DNA from: a bacterium
GTDB taxonomy: Bacteria > UBA8248
Direction of reading: 5' to 3'
Length of the DNA stretch: 64,000 bases
Assembly: GCA_965221165.1 (NCBI GenBank)
Contig: CBDCRP010000002.1
Location: 1,280,001 to 1,344,000, forward strand
Made by a program: the position numbers and the translations under genes. Shown here one piece after another: positions 31,685 through 40,648 of this stretch. Numbering within the stretch: position 1 is the first letter of the stretch; each line of letters opens with the position of its first letter. The notes beneath the pieces are model-generated. The model was not told the DNA's origin. It searched no databases and worked only from the letters and a program-made list of their open reading frames with translations.

Positions 31685-32818
31685 TCATATTCTCCCGGAC
31701 GCCATGGCGGCGCCCTCGGCCAACGCCGCGAACTTGACGTAGACGATGTCGGGATCGACCGATCCGAAACCGGCGAACGTCCCGAACCCGCAGTCGGTTC
31801 CGGCGATGACCCGCTCCGGACCCACGAGCTCCACGAAGCGCCCGATCCGCTGCGCGACAAGCTCCGGATGCTCCACGAAGTTGCTCGTCGAGTCGATGAC
31901 TCCGGGCACGAGGATCATCTCGTCGGGGATCTCGGCCCGCCGGTCGCGAAATACGGTCCATTCGTGCTCGTGCCGCGGGTTGGCGTTCTCGAACAGGACG
32001 TAGCGGGCGCGGGCCGACATCAAGGCGGAGAACACGTGATCCAGCGCGACGTCGCAAACGTGAGGCCCCTCGTAGTTTCCCCAGCAGATGTGGACCCGCA
32101 CCCGCGCCGGGTCGGCGTCGCGCAGCGCGTGGTTCAGGACTTCGACGTTGGCCGCCGCGATCTCGCCGAACTCGGCGTCGGAACGATCCTCGTACAGCAC
32201 GTGGCGCGCGAGCCCGAGGTCCGGGCAGTCGAGCTGCAGGTCGAAGCCCGCCGCGAGGATCGCGTCGTACTCCGGCTTCATCGCGTCGGCGAGGGCCTCG
32301 AGGTAGGCATCTCGAGAAGGGTAGTAGGCGTTCGGCATGAATTGCGCGATGACGCCGGGCGACGCCGCGTTCAGGAATCCGCGCTTAGCGCCGTGCGCGG
32401 CCATCCCGTTCTTCATATTGGCGATGTCGGCCCTGAGGTCGGCGTCGTCCTTCGGCGCTACCGGCCCGGTGCAGCGCGGGCGGGCGAGCTTCGGGGTGCC
32501 GCCTTCGCGCGCGAGGCGTTCGAGATAGCGCGGGAAGAGCTTCAGGTCCCCCGGCACGGCTCGCTCGCTGTTCCCGGAAAAGCCGGTGTAGCGGTTCTTG
32601 ACGTAGGTGGTGTAGGAAATCTTGGACGTCTCGCCGTCCGAGACGATGTCGATACCGGCTTCGACCTGCCGGCGAACCGTCTCCGCGCACTCCTGCGCCA
32701 TGCAGGCGGCGAAGTCGGCCGGGTCGTAGGGGTCGCCCCGGTCGCGGGCGAAGAGAAAATCGAGCGCCCGCCGGCTTCGCGGAAGCGACCCGACGTGGGT
32801 GGTGGCGATGCGAGTCAT
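31685..32818 (-). CDS. Cobalamin-independent methionine synthase II family (single-barrel MetE-like) protein
   Basis: HVGSLPR, SDGE, HICWGNY (HxC) and DCGF Zn-ligand motifs. Confidence 0.9.
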   Translation of the reverse strand: MTRIATTHVGSLPRSRRALDFLFARDRGDPYDPADFAACMAQECAETVRRQVEAGIDIVSDGETSKISYTTYVKNRYTGFSGNSERAVPGDLKLFPRYLERLAREGGTPKLARPRCTGPVAPKDDADLRADIANMKNGMAAHGAKRGFLNAASPGVIAQFMPNAYYPSRDAYLEALADAMKPEYDAILAAGFDLQLDCPDLGLARHVLYEDRSDAEFGEIAAANVEVLNHALRDADPARVRVHICWGNYEGPHVCDVALDHVFSALMSARARYVLFENANPRHEHEWTVFRDRRAEIPDEMILVPGVIDSTSNFVEHPELVAQRIGRFVELVGPERVIAGTDCGFGTFAGFGSVDPDIVYVKFAALAEGAAMASGRI

Positions 32819-32864
32819 AAGGGTCTCCTCCTCGTCCGACCGGCCGGGAAAGCCTGCCGCCCGG

Positions 32865-34253
32865 CTAGATGAACTTCCACGGACTGTAGAGCGGCACCTT
32901 GCTCCTCTTCAAGACCTCTTTCGCCCGGCGCCCGATCCGCTCCACGATCTCCATCTCGTCTATCGATTTGACCTCGCGGTTCTCCATCACGAACTTCCCG
33001 TCGACCATGACGCTCTCACAACTGCTCCCCTGGGCCGAATAGACGAAATTCTGGAGCTCGTTGTAGAGGGGGACCCAGTCCGGCCGCTTCATGTCGAAGA
33101 TGGCGACGTCGGCCTTCTTGCCCGGCTCGATGGAACCGATCTCCCTCTCCATGTTCATCGCCCTGGCGCCGTTGATGGTCGCCATCTCGATGGCCTTTTC
33201 GGCGCTTCCGGCAGCCGGGTCGTAGCGGTAGTCCTTCGGGGTCGCCGCCGCCAGATACATGAGGCGCACCATGTCGTTGAAGTTGGAGCAGTCCGAAGCG
33301 TCGGTTCCGATGGCGACGTTGACGCCCGCCTCCATCATCTCCGGGAACTTCCCGAACGCGGAGAGGCCGTAGCTGATCTTCATGGCGGTGCTCGGACAAT
33401 GCAGGACGTTCGTCCCCGTCTCGGCGAGAAGCCCGATCTCCTTGCCGCTCACGTGGACCATGTGGGTGAGGGCCACGTTCTTTCCGAGGGCGCCGATGTC
33501 GTAGAGATGCTCGATGGGGCGGGCGCCGCTCATGCTCAGGCTCTCCTGGACGTTCTCGATCATGTTGGCCTGGTGCATGTGGAGGATGGTCCTGTGCCTG
33601 TCCGCCATCTCCTTGGACTTTTGGTAGAGCCGGTCCGAGCAGCGCCCCATCCCCACGACGACGACGCAGGGTTTCACGAGCCCCACCCCGCCCCGGTAGT
33701 CCTTCATGAACTTCTCGTTCTCGCTCAGGCACTTTCGGGTGCTCTCGACCAGCATGTTGTGGCCCTGGCTCACCATGTCGAAGGACCTGCGGCCCATCAA
33801 GCCCCGCATTCCAATCCGGGAGACGCCCTCGATGACGGGGCCGGGGTTGTAGGAGCCCGCCTCGAGGAAGGTCGTCACCCCCGTCTTGAGGGTTTCGACC
33901 AGAATCCCGAGACCGCCCCATATCTCGTCCTCGGCACTCACGATGGTGGCGACCCGGCGGTGGACGAAGTCGGACCACGGCATCCCGGCCAGGGTCTCGG
34001 GCGAGAGGCCCCTGTGCATGTGGTGGTAGAAGTGGATGTGCGCGTTGATCAGGCCGGGGGTGACGAGCTTCATGGTGGCGTCGTAGGTCCGTTTGGCCTC
34101 GTATTTTCTCCTGAGGGCGGAAGCCTTCCCGACGTCCTTGATCCGGTTCTTCGCAACCGCTACGGCGCCGTTGCGGATGACCCTCCGCTGCGGGTCCACG
34201 GTGACGACGGTTCCGTTCTCAATCAGGACATCCACCTTGGGCTTTGCAGCCAT
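32865..34253 (-). CDS. Metal-dependent amidohydrolase (MTA/SAH deaminase, Atz/Trz-like)
   Basis: PGLINAHIH, HMVH, HCP, GTD, ATINGA, GKKAD. Confidence 0.9.
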   Translation of the reverse strand: MAAKPKVDVLIENGTVVTVDPQRRVIRNGAVAVAKNRIKDVGKASALRRKYEAKRTYDATMKLVTPGLINAHIHFYHHMHRGLSPETLAGMPWSDFVHRRVATIVSAEDEIWGGLGILVETLKTGVTTFLEAGSYNPGPVIEGVSRIGMRGLMGRRSFDMVSQGHNMLVESTRKCLSENEKFMKDYRGGVGLVKPCVVVVGMGRCSDRLYQKSKEMADRHRTILHMHQANMIENVQESLSMSGARPIEHLYDIGALGKNVALTHMVHVSGKEIGLLAETGTNVLHCPSTAMKISYGLSAFGKFPEMMEAGVNVAIGTDASDCSNFNDMVRLMYLAAATPKDYRYDPAAGSAEKAIEMATINGARAMNMEREIGSIEPGKKADVAIFDMKRPDWVPLYNELQNFVYSAQGSSCESVMVDGKFVMENREVKSIDEMEIVERIGRRAKEVLKRSKVPLYSPWKFI

Positions 34254-34323
34254 GGCATCCTCCCCTGCGCAGGATTCCAGAGAATCGATCTTTCCGTTTC
34301 TCCCAAAGGGACAGAATACGAAG

Positions 34324-34948
34324 GGAATTATATACTTGGCTAGCCAGTCCCTGTGGTGTATATTTAGATCAACACTACACAAGGGGTTTTTGGATGGCAA
34401 CCGAGGCAAAAGAGCAAACGATAAGCATTTCGGGGTTTTTCCAACACTTTCCCGATGAGGAAGCCGCCACGGAGTGGTTTGAGAAACAACGCTGGCCGGG
34501 AGAGATGTATTGCTCTCATTGCGGAGTGGTCGGCAATATCGCGAAAGTCAAGAACGCCAAGCCCATGCCGTGGCGTTGCCGTGAATGCCGCAAGCACTTT
34601 TCCGTCAGAACAAAAAGCGTTCTCGCGAAATCGCCGATTCCCCTTCAAAAATGGCTTATGGCCGCATATCTAATGAGTGCCTCGCGTAAAGGCATTTCCA
34701 GCGTCCAGCTTGCCAGGCATCTGGGCGTGACCCAAAAAACGGCGTGGTTTGTAGAGCACCGCATCCGTGAAGCATACGCCGAGGTGGGCGGACTGCTCGG
34801 CTCCGGGGCCGTATTGGATGAGGTCTATATCGGCGGCAAGGAACACGACAAACACAATAGCAAGTGAAGGGATGACGGGAAGCGTGGGCCATCCGGCAAG
34901 CAAGCCGTCCTTGGCATGGTGGAGCGCGGCGGCGAAGTGCGGGATTAG
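34324..34948 (+). mobile_element. Truncated IS1595-family element (transposase pseudogene 34394-34948)
   Basis: Zn ribbon CSHC..CREC, GISSVQLAR HTH, DEVYIGG; in-frame TGA at 34865, then GKQAVLGMVERGG; remainder lost. Confidence 0.9.
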
Positions 34949-35057
34949 GCGGGAGAAAGAATTTTAGACCTTCCGTGAGGAGGCGCATCGCAATGCGCCG
35001 AAAGGCGTGCTTCCCGCTTCGGGAAATCGCGATGATGAAATAATCGGCTCTCCCCGC

Positions 35058-37118
35058 TCACGAGGCCAATGGGGGATGCGAATAGGGGGTTACAATCGGC
35101 CGGAGCCATATTTGCTCTTTGTCCTGTAGTTTCAGAATGCTCGCCGCGACGGGTCCGAGGGAAGTTTCCCCCATGGCCAACCCCGGCGTGATCTTCACCC
35201 AGGCCCGCAAGGGCGCTCCCCGCGCCGGAACATACTCTACGAGCATCCCCTCTGAAAATCCTTGTTCGCTCGCCGTCTCCGAAGACATCGGGCACACTCG
35301 TCGACTGCCGCCGTAGGCGTCCTCCTCGCCCACGCGGACGGTGAGATAGACCCTTCCCTTACTAAGCCGCTCCCGCGCAGAGGAGGTCGCGGCCAACTCG
35401 AGCACTCCGTCCTTTAAGACCACGCCATAGACTTCCCGCGCATCCTCCGCTCTGATGTATCCCTGCCGGACATCGGCCAGCACCGCTTCGGGATCGCGGA
35501 GGAGAGGATCTCCCCAACCGCCTCCACCCGCGGAGCGGAGGACGACGGCATCACCTTCTCTGAGCGGAAAGGCCGTGGCCTTTCCCGGCACGTCGGAAGG
35601 CTCCACCTCCGAATCTTCCCGGGACACCGTGAATCGGTTTCCTCCGCCCGAGGTGCCGCCGTCCACCCCGTAGGGAGGAATGATCACGCGGTCCGTCAGA
35701 ACGGTGAGACCCGCGCCGCCGGCCTCCAGGCGGATTTTCCGCTCCATTCCCAAACCGCCGCGCCATTCCCCGTGCCCGCAGGAGCCGATCCGAAGGCCGC
35801 TCTCCTCCACGAGGATCGGAAGCGTGGCTTCCAGGCTCTCTACCGGCTGGACGGCGTTAAAGTCCCCTTCGGTGTAGGTTCGAATGGCGTGGTCTCCGTC
35901 GCTTCCCGCGAGAGCGCCCGTGCCCCCCGCCGGATATTCATAGTAGAGGAAGGCCTCGCCCGAGTCCGGTTGGCTGCCGGCGATGTAGCAATGGTTGGCC
36001 GCCCCCTTGGTGTCACCCACCGAAAGGTCGGGCATCGCTTGAACCGCCGCTCCTAAAACGCACGATTCAATCGTGCGCCGCACGTCGGAAGCGCCGCCGA
36101 AAGGAGCGGGAAATTCCGCATTGAGAATAGACCCTATCGGGGCTTCCATCGTAAGGGGGCGGAAACAACCCGCATTCACGCTTAACGCGGGATCCAGGAG
36201 CGATTTGAGCACCATGAAGCATGATGTGGCCACCGTTGCCGGTCCCGCATTCGTAGGTCCTTTCACCTGCCTGGAAGTCCCGCTGAAATCACAGTGGATT
36301 TGATCTTCCTTAATCTGGAGGCGAAGCGAAATTCGCAGCGGCTCGGTTCCCGTTCCGCTGTTGTCGACGTAGTTCTCGTAGTGAAATACGCCGTCGGGAA
36401 GCGCGCGTATGGCCGCCCGCATCCGTTTCTCCGCCCTGTCGAGGAGATTATCGTTCACCGCCTGGAGCGTTTCCCGTCCATATCGATCCTCGATTTCGTC
36501 CAGGCGCCGCTGAGCAAGCTGGCAGGTGCCGAGCATGGCCATCAGGTCGCCATGCCTGTCCTCCCGGCCTCGCATGTTCCGGAGAATGATGTCCAGGCAT
36601 TCCTGGTTCAACTCACCCCGGGAAAAGAGGCGAATGGGCGGGACGATCATTCCCTCCATGAAGATGTGGGAGGCGTCACCGGAGAGACTACCGGCCACGG
36701 AGCCGCCGACATCCCCCCAATGAGCGCGGAGCGCCGGGAACACAAGCGCGCGCCCCTCAAAAAACCGGGGGCAGAACATCGCCATGTCGTTCATGTGGGT
36801 TCCGCAAATATAGGGGTCGTTCAGGAGGAAAATGTCGCCCGGATGAATATCGCCGGCGTACCGCGTGAAAACCGCCCTGGCGGCGTAGGAGATAGGAAAG
36901 ATGTGCCCGGGATGATCTTCCGACTGGGCGACCAAACCTCCCTCCGGCGAAAGAAGAGCACAGGAAAAATCGTGTCCTTCGTTGATGATCGATGAGAATG
37001 CGCTTCGCGAAAAAGTAACCCGCATCTCGCGGACCACGGAGATGAGGAGTTCTTGAATGACCGAGATGGTGACGGCGTCGGCCGAGGCGCTCTCTTGAAT
37101 CGCCCGGTTATCGTCCAT
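35058..37118 (-). CDS. Hydantoinase B/oxoprolinase family protein with C-terminal extension
   Basis: DFSC, NDPY..GTHMND, HWGDVGG, DFSGT, GGGGWGDP. Confidence 0.93.
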   Translation of the reverse strand: MDDNRAIQESASADAVTISVIQELLISVVREMRVTFSRSAFSSIINEGHDFSCALLSPEGGLVAQSEDHPGHIFPISYAARAVFTRYAGDIHPGDIFLLNDPYICGTHMNDMAMFCPRFFEGRALVFPALRAHWGDVGGSVAGSLSGDASHIFMEGMIVPPIRLFSRGELNQECLDIILRNMRGREDRHGDLMAMLGTCQLAQRRLDEIEDRYGRETLQAVNDNLLDRAEKRMRAAIRALPDGVFHYENYVDNSGTGTEPLRISLRLQIKEDQIHCDFSGTSRQVKGPTNAGPATVATSCFMVLKSLLDPALSVNAGCFRPLTMEAPIGSILNAEFPAPFGGASDVRRTIESCVLGAAVQAMPDLSVGDTKGAANHCYIAGSQPDSGEAFLYYEYPAGGTGALAGSDGDHAIRTYTEGDFNAVQPVESLEATLPILVEESGLRIGSCGHGEWRGGLGMERKIRLEAGGAGLTVLTDRVIIPPYGVDGGTSGGGNRFTVSREDSEVEPSDVPGKATAFPLREGDAVVLRSAGGGGWGDPLLRDPEAVLADVRQGYIRAEDAREVYGVVLKDGVLELAATSSARERLSKGRVYLTVRVGEEDAYGGSRRVCPMSSETASEQGFSEGMLVEYVPARGAPLRAWVKITPGLAMGETSLGPVAASILKLQDKEQIWLRPIVTPYSHPPLAS

Positions 37119-37120
37119 GG

Positions 37121-38410
37121 TCAGTCGAGGCCTCCGGCGCATACGGTTCTCGCCGCTTCCAGGAACTCTTCCAAGTCTGATTCGCCGTGGGCCGTGGAAA
37201 GATAGTTCTTGGCCCTGCGGCTCATGAAAACGCCTTGCGCGAACATTTTTCGGACGAATGATTCGAACCGCTTCCGGTCGGCTTGCGTCTGACCCCGATA
37301 GTCCGTGACCGGATTCGGCGTGAAAAATACCTGGAATAAGGGGCCGACCCCTTGCACCCGGGCCGGAATCGCGTGTTCGTCAAATAACGCCGCCAGCTCC
37401 CTGCGGTATCTCTCCCCCATGTCGCGTAAGCCGTCGTAGACGCCGGGTCGGGACAATTCCTGCAAGGTGGCGAGCGCCGCGGCGGCGCACATCGGATTAC
37501 CCGAGAGCGTTCCGCTGAAATAGACGTACTCCGGCTCCCCCTTGCGGACGGGGTCCGCCAGCTCCATCACGTCCGCCCTTCCCGCGACCGCCGACAAGGG
37601 AAATCCGCACGCGACCGCTTTGCCGTAAGCCGCCAAATCGGGAACGACGCCAAAATACTCCTGCGCTCCTCCGTAGGCCAGCCGGAATCCGGTCACCACC
37701 TCGTCGAAAACGAGCAGCACCCCGTGCTCGGTCGTCACCTGGCGAAGCTGTTCGAGAAATCCCGGGGCCGGGGGAATGGACCGCTGAACAGGCTCGACGA
37801 TTACGGCGGCAAGCTCCGCGGCGTACTCTTCCACCAACCCGCAAGCGATATCGGTATTATTGAAGGGAGCCGTCATTACAAGTTCCTGAACCGCAGAGGG
37901 AACCCCGGCCGAATCCGGGCGGGGAGAGGGATACAGGTTCGAGCGCGGAGGGGAAACACTCATCATTCCGTAATCGTTGTGGCCTATGTAGCTCCCTTCG
38001 AATTTTAGAATTTTCTCCTTGCCGGTGAAGGCGCGCGCCAGTCGCAACGCGAAGAACGTGGCCTCCCCGCCCGTTGAAGCAAAACGGACCAGTTCCGCGC
38101 AAGGAATCGCCTTCACCAGTTCCTCGGCCAACTCGATGGAGCGATCACTCAGCGTATAGTAAGTCGAACCGAGTTCCATCTGCCTTCGAACCGCTTCGAG
38201 GATGGACGGATGAGCGTGGCCCAAAATGAGCGAGCCGCCACCCATCGTGAAATCGAGGAAACCACGCCCATCCACGTCATAAAGGCGGCTTCCCTCTCCG
38301 CGAGAAGCGATCAGCATCGTGTCGTCCGGAAGCGTCAGGTCCCCGAGCCAACCGCCCGGGAGGCAATCACGGGCCCTTTCAAGGAACTCCGTCCCCTTTT
38401 TTGAAATCAT
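37121..38410 (-). CDS. Class III PLP aminotransferase (GSA-aminomutase-like)
   Basis: LGHAHP, FDEVVTGFR, PDLAAYGK (PLP Lys), GTLSGNP. Confidence 0.92.
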   Translation of the reverse strand: MISKKGTEFLERARDCLPGGWLGDLTLPDDTMLIASRGEGSRLYDVDGRGFLDFTMGGGSLILGHAHPSILEAVRRQMELGSTYYTLSDRSIELAEELVKAIPCAELVRFASTGGEATFFALRLARAFTGKEKILKFEGSYIGHNDYGMMSVSPPRSNLYPSPRPDSAGVPSAVQELVMTAPFNNTDIACGLVEEYAAELAAVIVEPVQRSIPPAPGFLEQLRQVTTEHGVLLVFDEVVTGFRLAYGGAQEYFGVVPDLAAYGKAVACGFPLSAVAGRADVMELADPVRKGEPEYVYFSGTLSGNPMCAAAALATLQELSRPGVYDGLRDMGERYRRELAALFDEHAIPARVQGVGPLFQVFFTPNPVTDYRGQTQADRKRFESFVRKMFAQGVFMSRRAKNYLSTAHGESDLEEFLEAARTVCAGGLD

Positions 38411-38559
38411 CTTTGCACCTCTTTATTCATAGCAGGCCACAATTCCAGCGAATGTTTCCGAAGAGCCTCGAAATTGTTCGAAATCCTTATATTAGAATCG
38501 TTCCCCTTCACTACAACCTCCCGCCAACCATCATATGGCAAGACGGCGCCCTGGTTGTT

Positions 38560-40602
38560 CTACCGGCGCCGCAACAGGAGATGCCCGCTCGCGTGGACCG
38601 TGGCGCGCCACCCCGGAGGAATAACCGTCGTGGCTCCGCTCTCCTCAAATATGGCAGGACCTCCCACGGTCGCTCCAGGCCCGACCTCCGTTCGGTCAAA
38701 CACGGAGGTATCGCGCCACTCCCCCTCAAACCAGACTTTCCGTACCTCAGTGGGACCCTCGCCACTCCCCTGCTTTGCTCGACAGGTTTTCGCCTGATAC
38801 GTCTGGACCTCTCCCTCACCGATAATCTGGATGGAGATCACCTCCCATTCGGTCGCGGGATCCGGGTTGCGGCCGTAGCGTTCGGCATAAATCTTTTGGA
38901 AGGCGACATCGATGGCCGACATATCCACCCGGTACGGAGACGACCCCAGGGGAACGGGAATCTCATGAGCCTGCCCGAGACAGCGCATCTCCAAAAAACA
39001 CGACAAAGAGATGCTTTCCTCCCGGACCCCGTCGGTCCGCAGGCGATCCTCAACCCCCTTGGCCATTCCTCCGAGCCGCCCTCGCAAGTCCGCCAAATCG
39101 AGGGAGGAGGAGCGTTCGAGATAGGTGGCGGTCGCATCCCGGCGCATCTTCGCCATCACGAGCCCCATGGCGGAAAAATTCCCCGGGTGAATCGGAACCA
39201 CGACCGTTTCGATATCGAGATCATCCGCGATGGCCGTGGCGTGCATGGGCCCTGCCCCGCCAAAGGCCACGAAAGCGAATTCGCGCGGGTCGAATCCTCT
39301 CTCGAGCGAGATCTCGCGGATGAGTCGAACCGTTCGGGCCACGAGAATTTTCAACGCCCCTTCGGCCAACTCCTCGGGCGAGCGAAATTCGAGTCTTTTC
39401 TGCACCGGGGCCATAGCCTCTCGCGCCAACGAGGCGTCCACCCGTATTTTCCCGCCGAGAAGGGCGCCGTCTCCGATTCGGTTCAAGGTTACGTTCGCGT
39501 CGGTGATGGTGGGCTCCTCTCCCCCGAATCCATAACAGGCGGGACCCGGCGAGGAACCCGCGCTCCTGGGTCCTACGCAAAGCGCCCCGTCGACATCGAC
39601 CCACACGATGCTCCCGGCTCCCGCGCCAACGGTTTTAATCTCGAGCTGGGCGGCGCGGATGGGTATGCCCGAGATAACGGTATCTCCGGCGTAAAGAATC
39701 CTATCTCCGAGGAGGAGGGCGACGTCTGCGCTCGTTCCGCCCATGTCGCAGGTGATGAGATTCGCAATCTCGAGTTCCTCAGAGATAAAACGCCCCGCGG
39801 TGACCCCGCCGGCCGGCCCCGAAAAGATGGTCCGTACCGGAAAGGCCTCCGCCGTGTCGATATCCATCACACCGCCGGCCGAGCCCATGATGTAAATCTT
39901 CCGGTTGTCCAGCTTCCCGATGTCGCCGTCCCGGAGTTTCGAGAGATATCGTCCCGCCGCCGGACCGACATAGGCGTTCACCACTGTTGTGGAGAACCGC
40001 TCGAACTCGCGGTACTGGGGGTTCACGGAGCTTGAGAGCGAGATGTAGACCTCCGGCCCGAGTTGGTCCCGCAACCACTGCCCGACGGCTTCCTCGTGAG
40101 CCGGATTCTCGTAGGAATGAAGGAAGCAAACCGCCACCGCCTCGACTCCTTCTCGTTTCAAATTTTCCACTACGCTCGTGAACTCTTCCGGCCGGGGCGA
40201 GGCTTCAACGTTCCCATTCGCCCGGAGACGCTCGTCCACCTCCTCTCTAAGGTTTATGGGAACCAGAGGCGGCGGACGGCGGAATTGAATATTGAACATT
40301 CCGCCCTCGACCAGCCGCCGGCATCTTCCAATTTCGATGACATCACGGAACCCGCGTGTGGTCACCATCGCCGTAACGGCTCCGCGCCGCTCCAGGAGCG
40401 CATTGGTGGCGACGGTGGTTCCATGAATCATCCGGTCCAATTCCTCACCTTCGAGCCCGAGATCCCGGAGGCACGCCAAGATGGCGCTTGCGGGTTCATC
40501 CGAAACCGAGGGGATCTTTCCCGTCCGCACCTCGCCGCGTTCGGGATCGATGGCCACAAGGTCGGTAAACGTTCCACCGATGTCGACACCTAACGTAAAC
40601 AA
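38560..40602 (-). CDS. Hydantoinase A/oxoprolinase family protein (ATP-binding subunit)
   Basis: DIGGTFTD, HGTTVATN, SGPAGG, DMGGTS, PGPACY, FGGAG. Confidence 0.95.
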   Translation of the reverse strand: MFTLGVDIGGTFTDLVAIDPERGEVRTGKIPSVSDEPASAILACLRDLGLEGEELDRMIHGTTVATNALLERRGAVTAMVTTRGFRDVIEIGRCRRLVEGGMFNIQFRRPPPLVPINLREEVDERLRANGNVEASPRPEEFTSVVENLKREGVEAVAVCFLHSYENPAHEEAVGQWLRDQLGPEVYISLSSSVNPQYREFERFSTTVVNAYVGPAAGRYLSKLRDGDIGKLDNRKIYIMGSAGGVMDIDTAEAFPVRTIFSGPAGGVTAGRFISEELEIANLITCDMGGTSADVALLLGDRILYAGDTVISGIPIRAAQLEIKTVGAGAGSIVWVDVDGALCVGPRSAGSSPGPACYGFGGEEPTITDANVTLNRIGDGALLGGKIRVDASLAREAMAPVQKRLEFRSPEELAEGALKILVARTVRLIREISLERGFDPREFAFVAFGGAGPMHATAIADDLDIETVVVPIHPGNFSAMGLVMAKMRRDATATYLERSSSLDLADLRGRLGGMAKGVEDRLRTDGVREESISLSCFLEMRCLGQAHEIPVPLGSSPYRVDMSAIDVAFQKIYAERYGRNPDPATEWEVISIQIIGEGEVQTYQAKTCRAKQGSGEGPTEVRKVWFEGEWRDTSVFDRTEVGPGATVGGPAIFEESGATTVIPPGWRATVHASGHLLLRRR

Positions 40603-40648
40603 CCGTTACCTCCTCCACGGCGCATTGGCTCAGCCATATCCAGTAACT

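Noticed and set aside
31685-32818. metE or epoxyalkane:CoM transferase assignment
   Set aside because: Single-barrel family member; function cannot be fixed from motifs and no CoM or alkene genes are nearby
34865-34867. In-frame TGA in the IS1595 transposase as recoding
   Set aside because: The gene is truncated 80 bp later; a simple nonsense mutation is more likely
37121-38410. hemL assignment
   Set aside because: GSA-aminomutase-like family, but the catabolic context and absence of the GVNSPVR motif argue against true HemL
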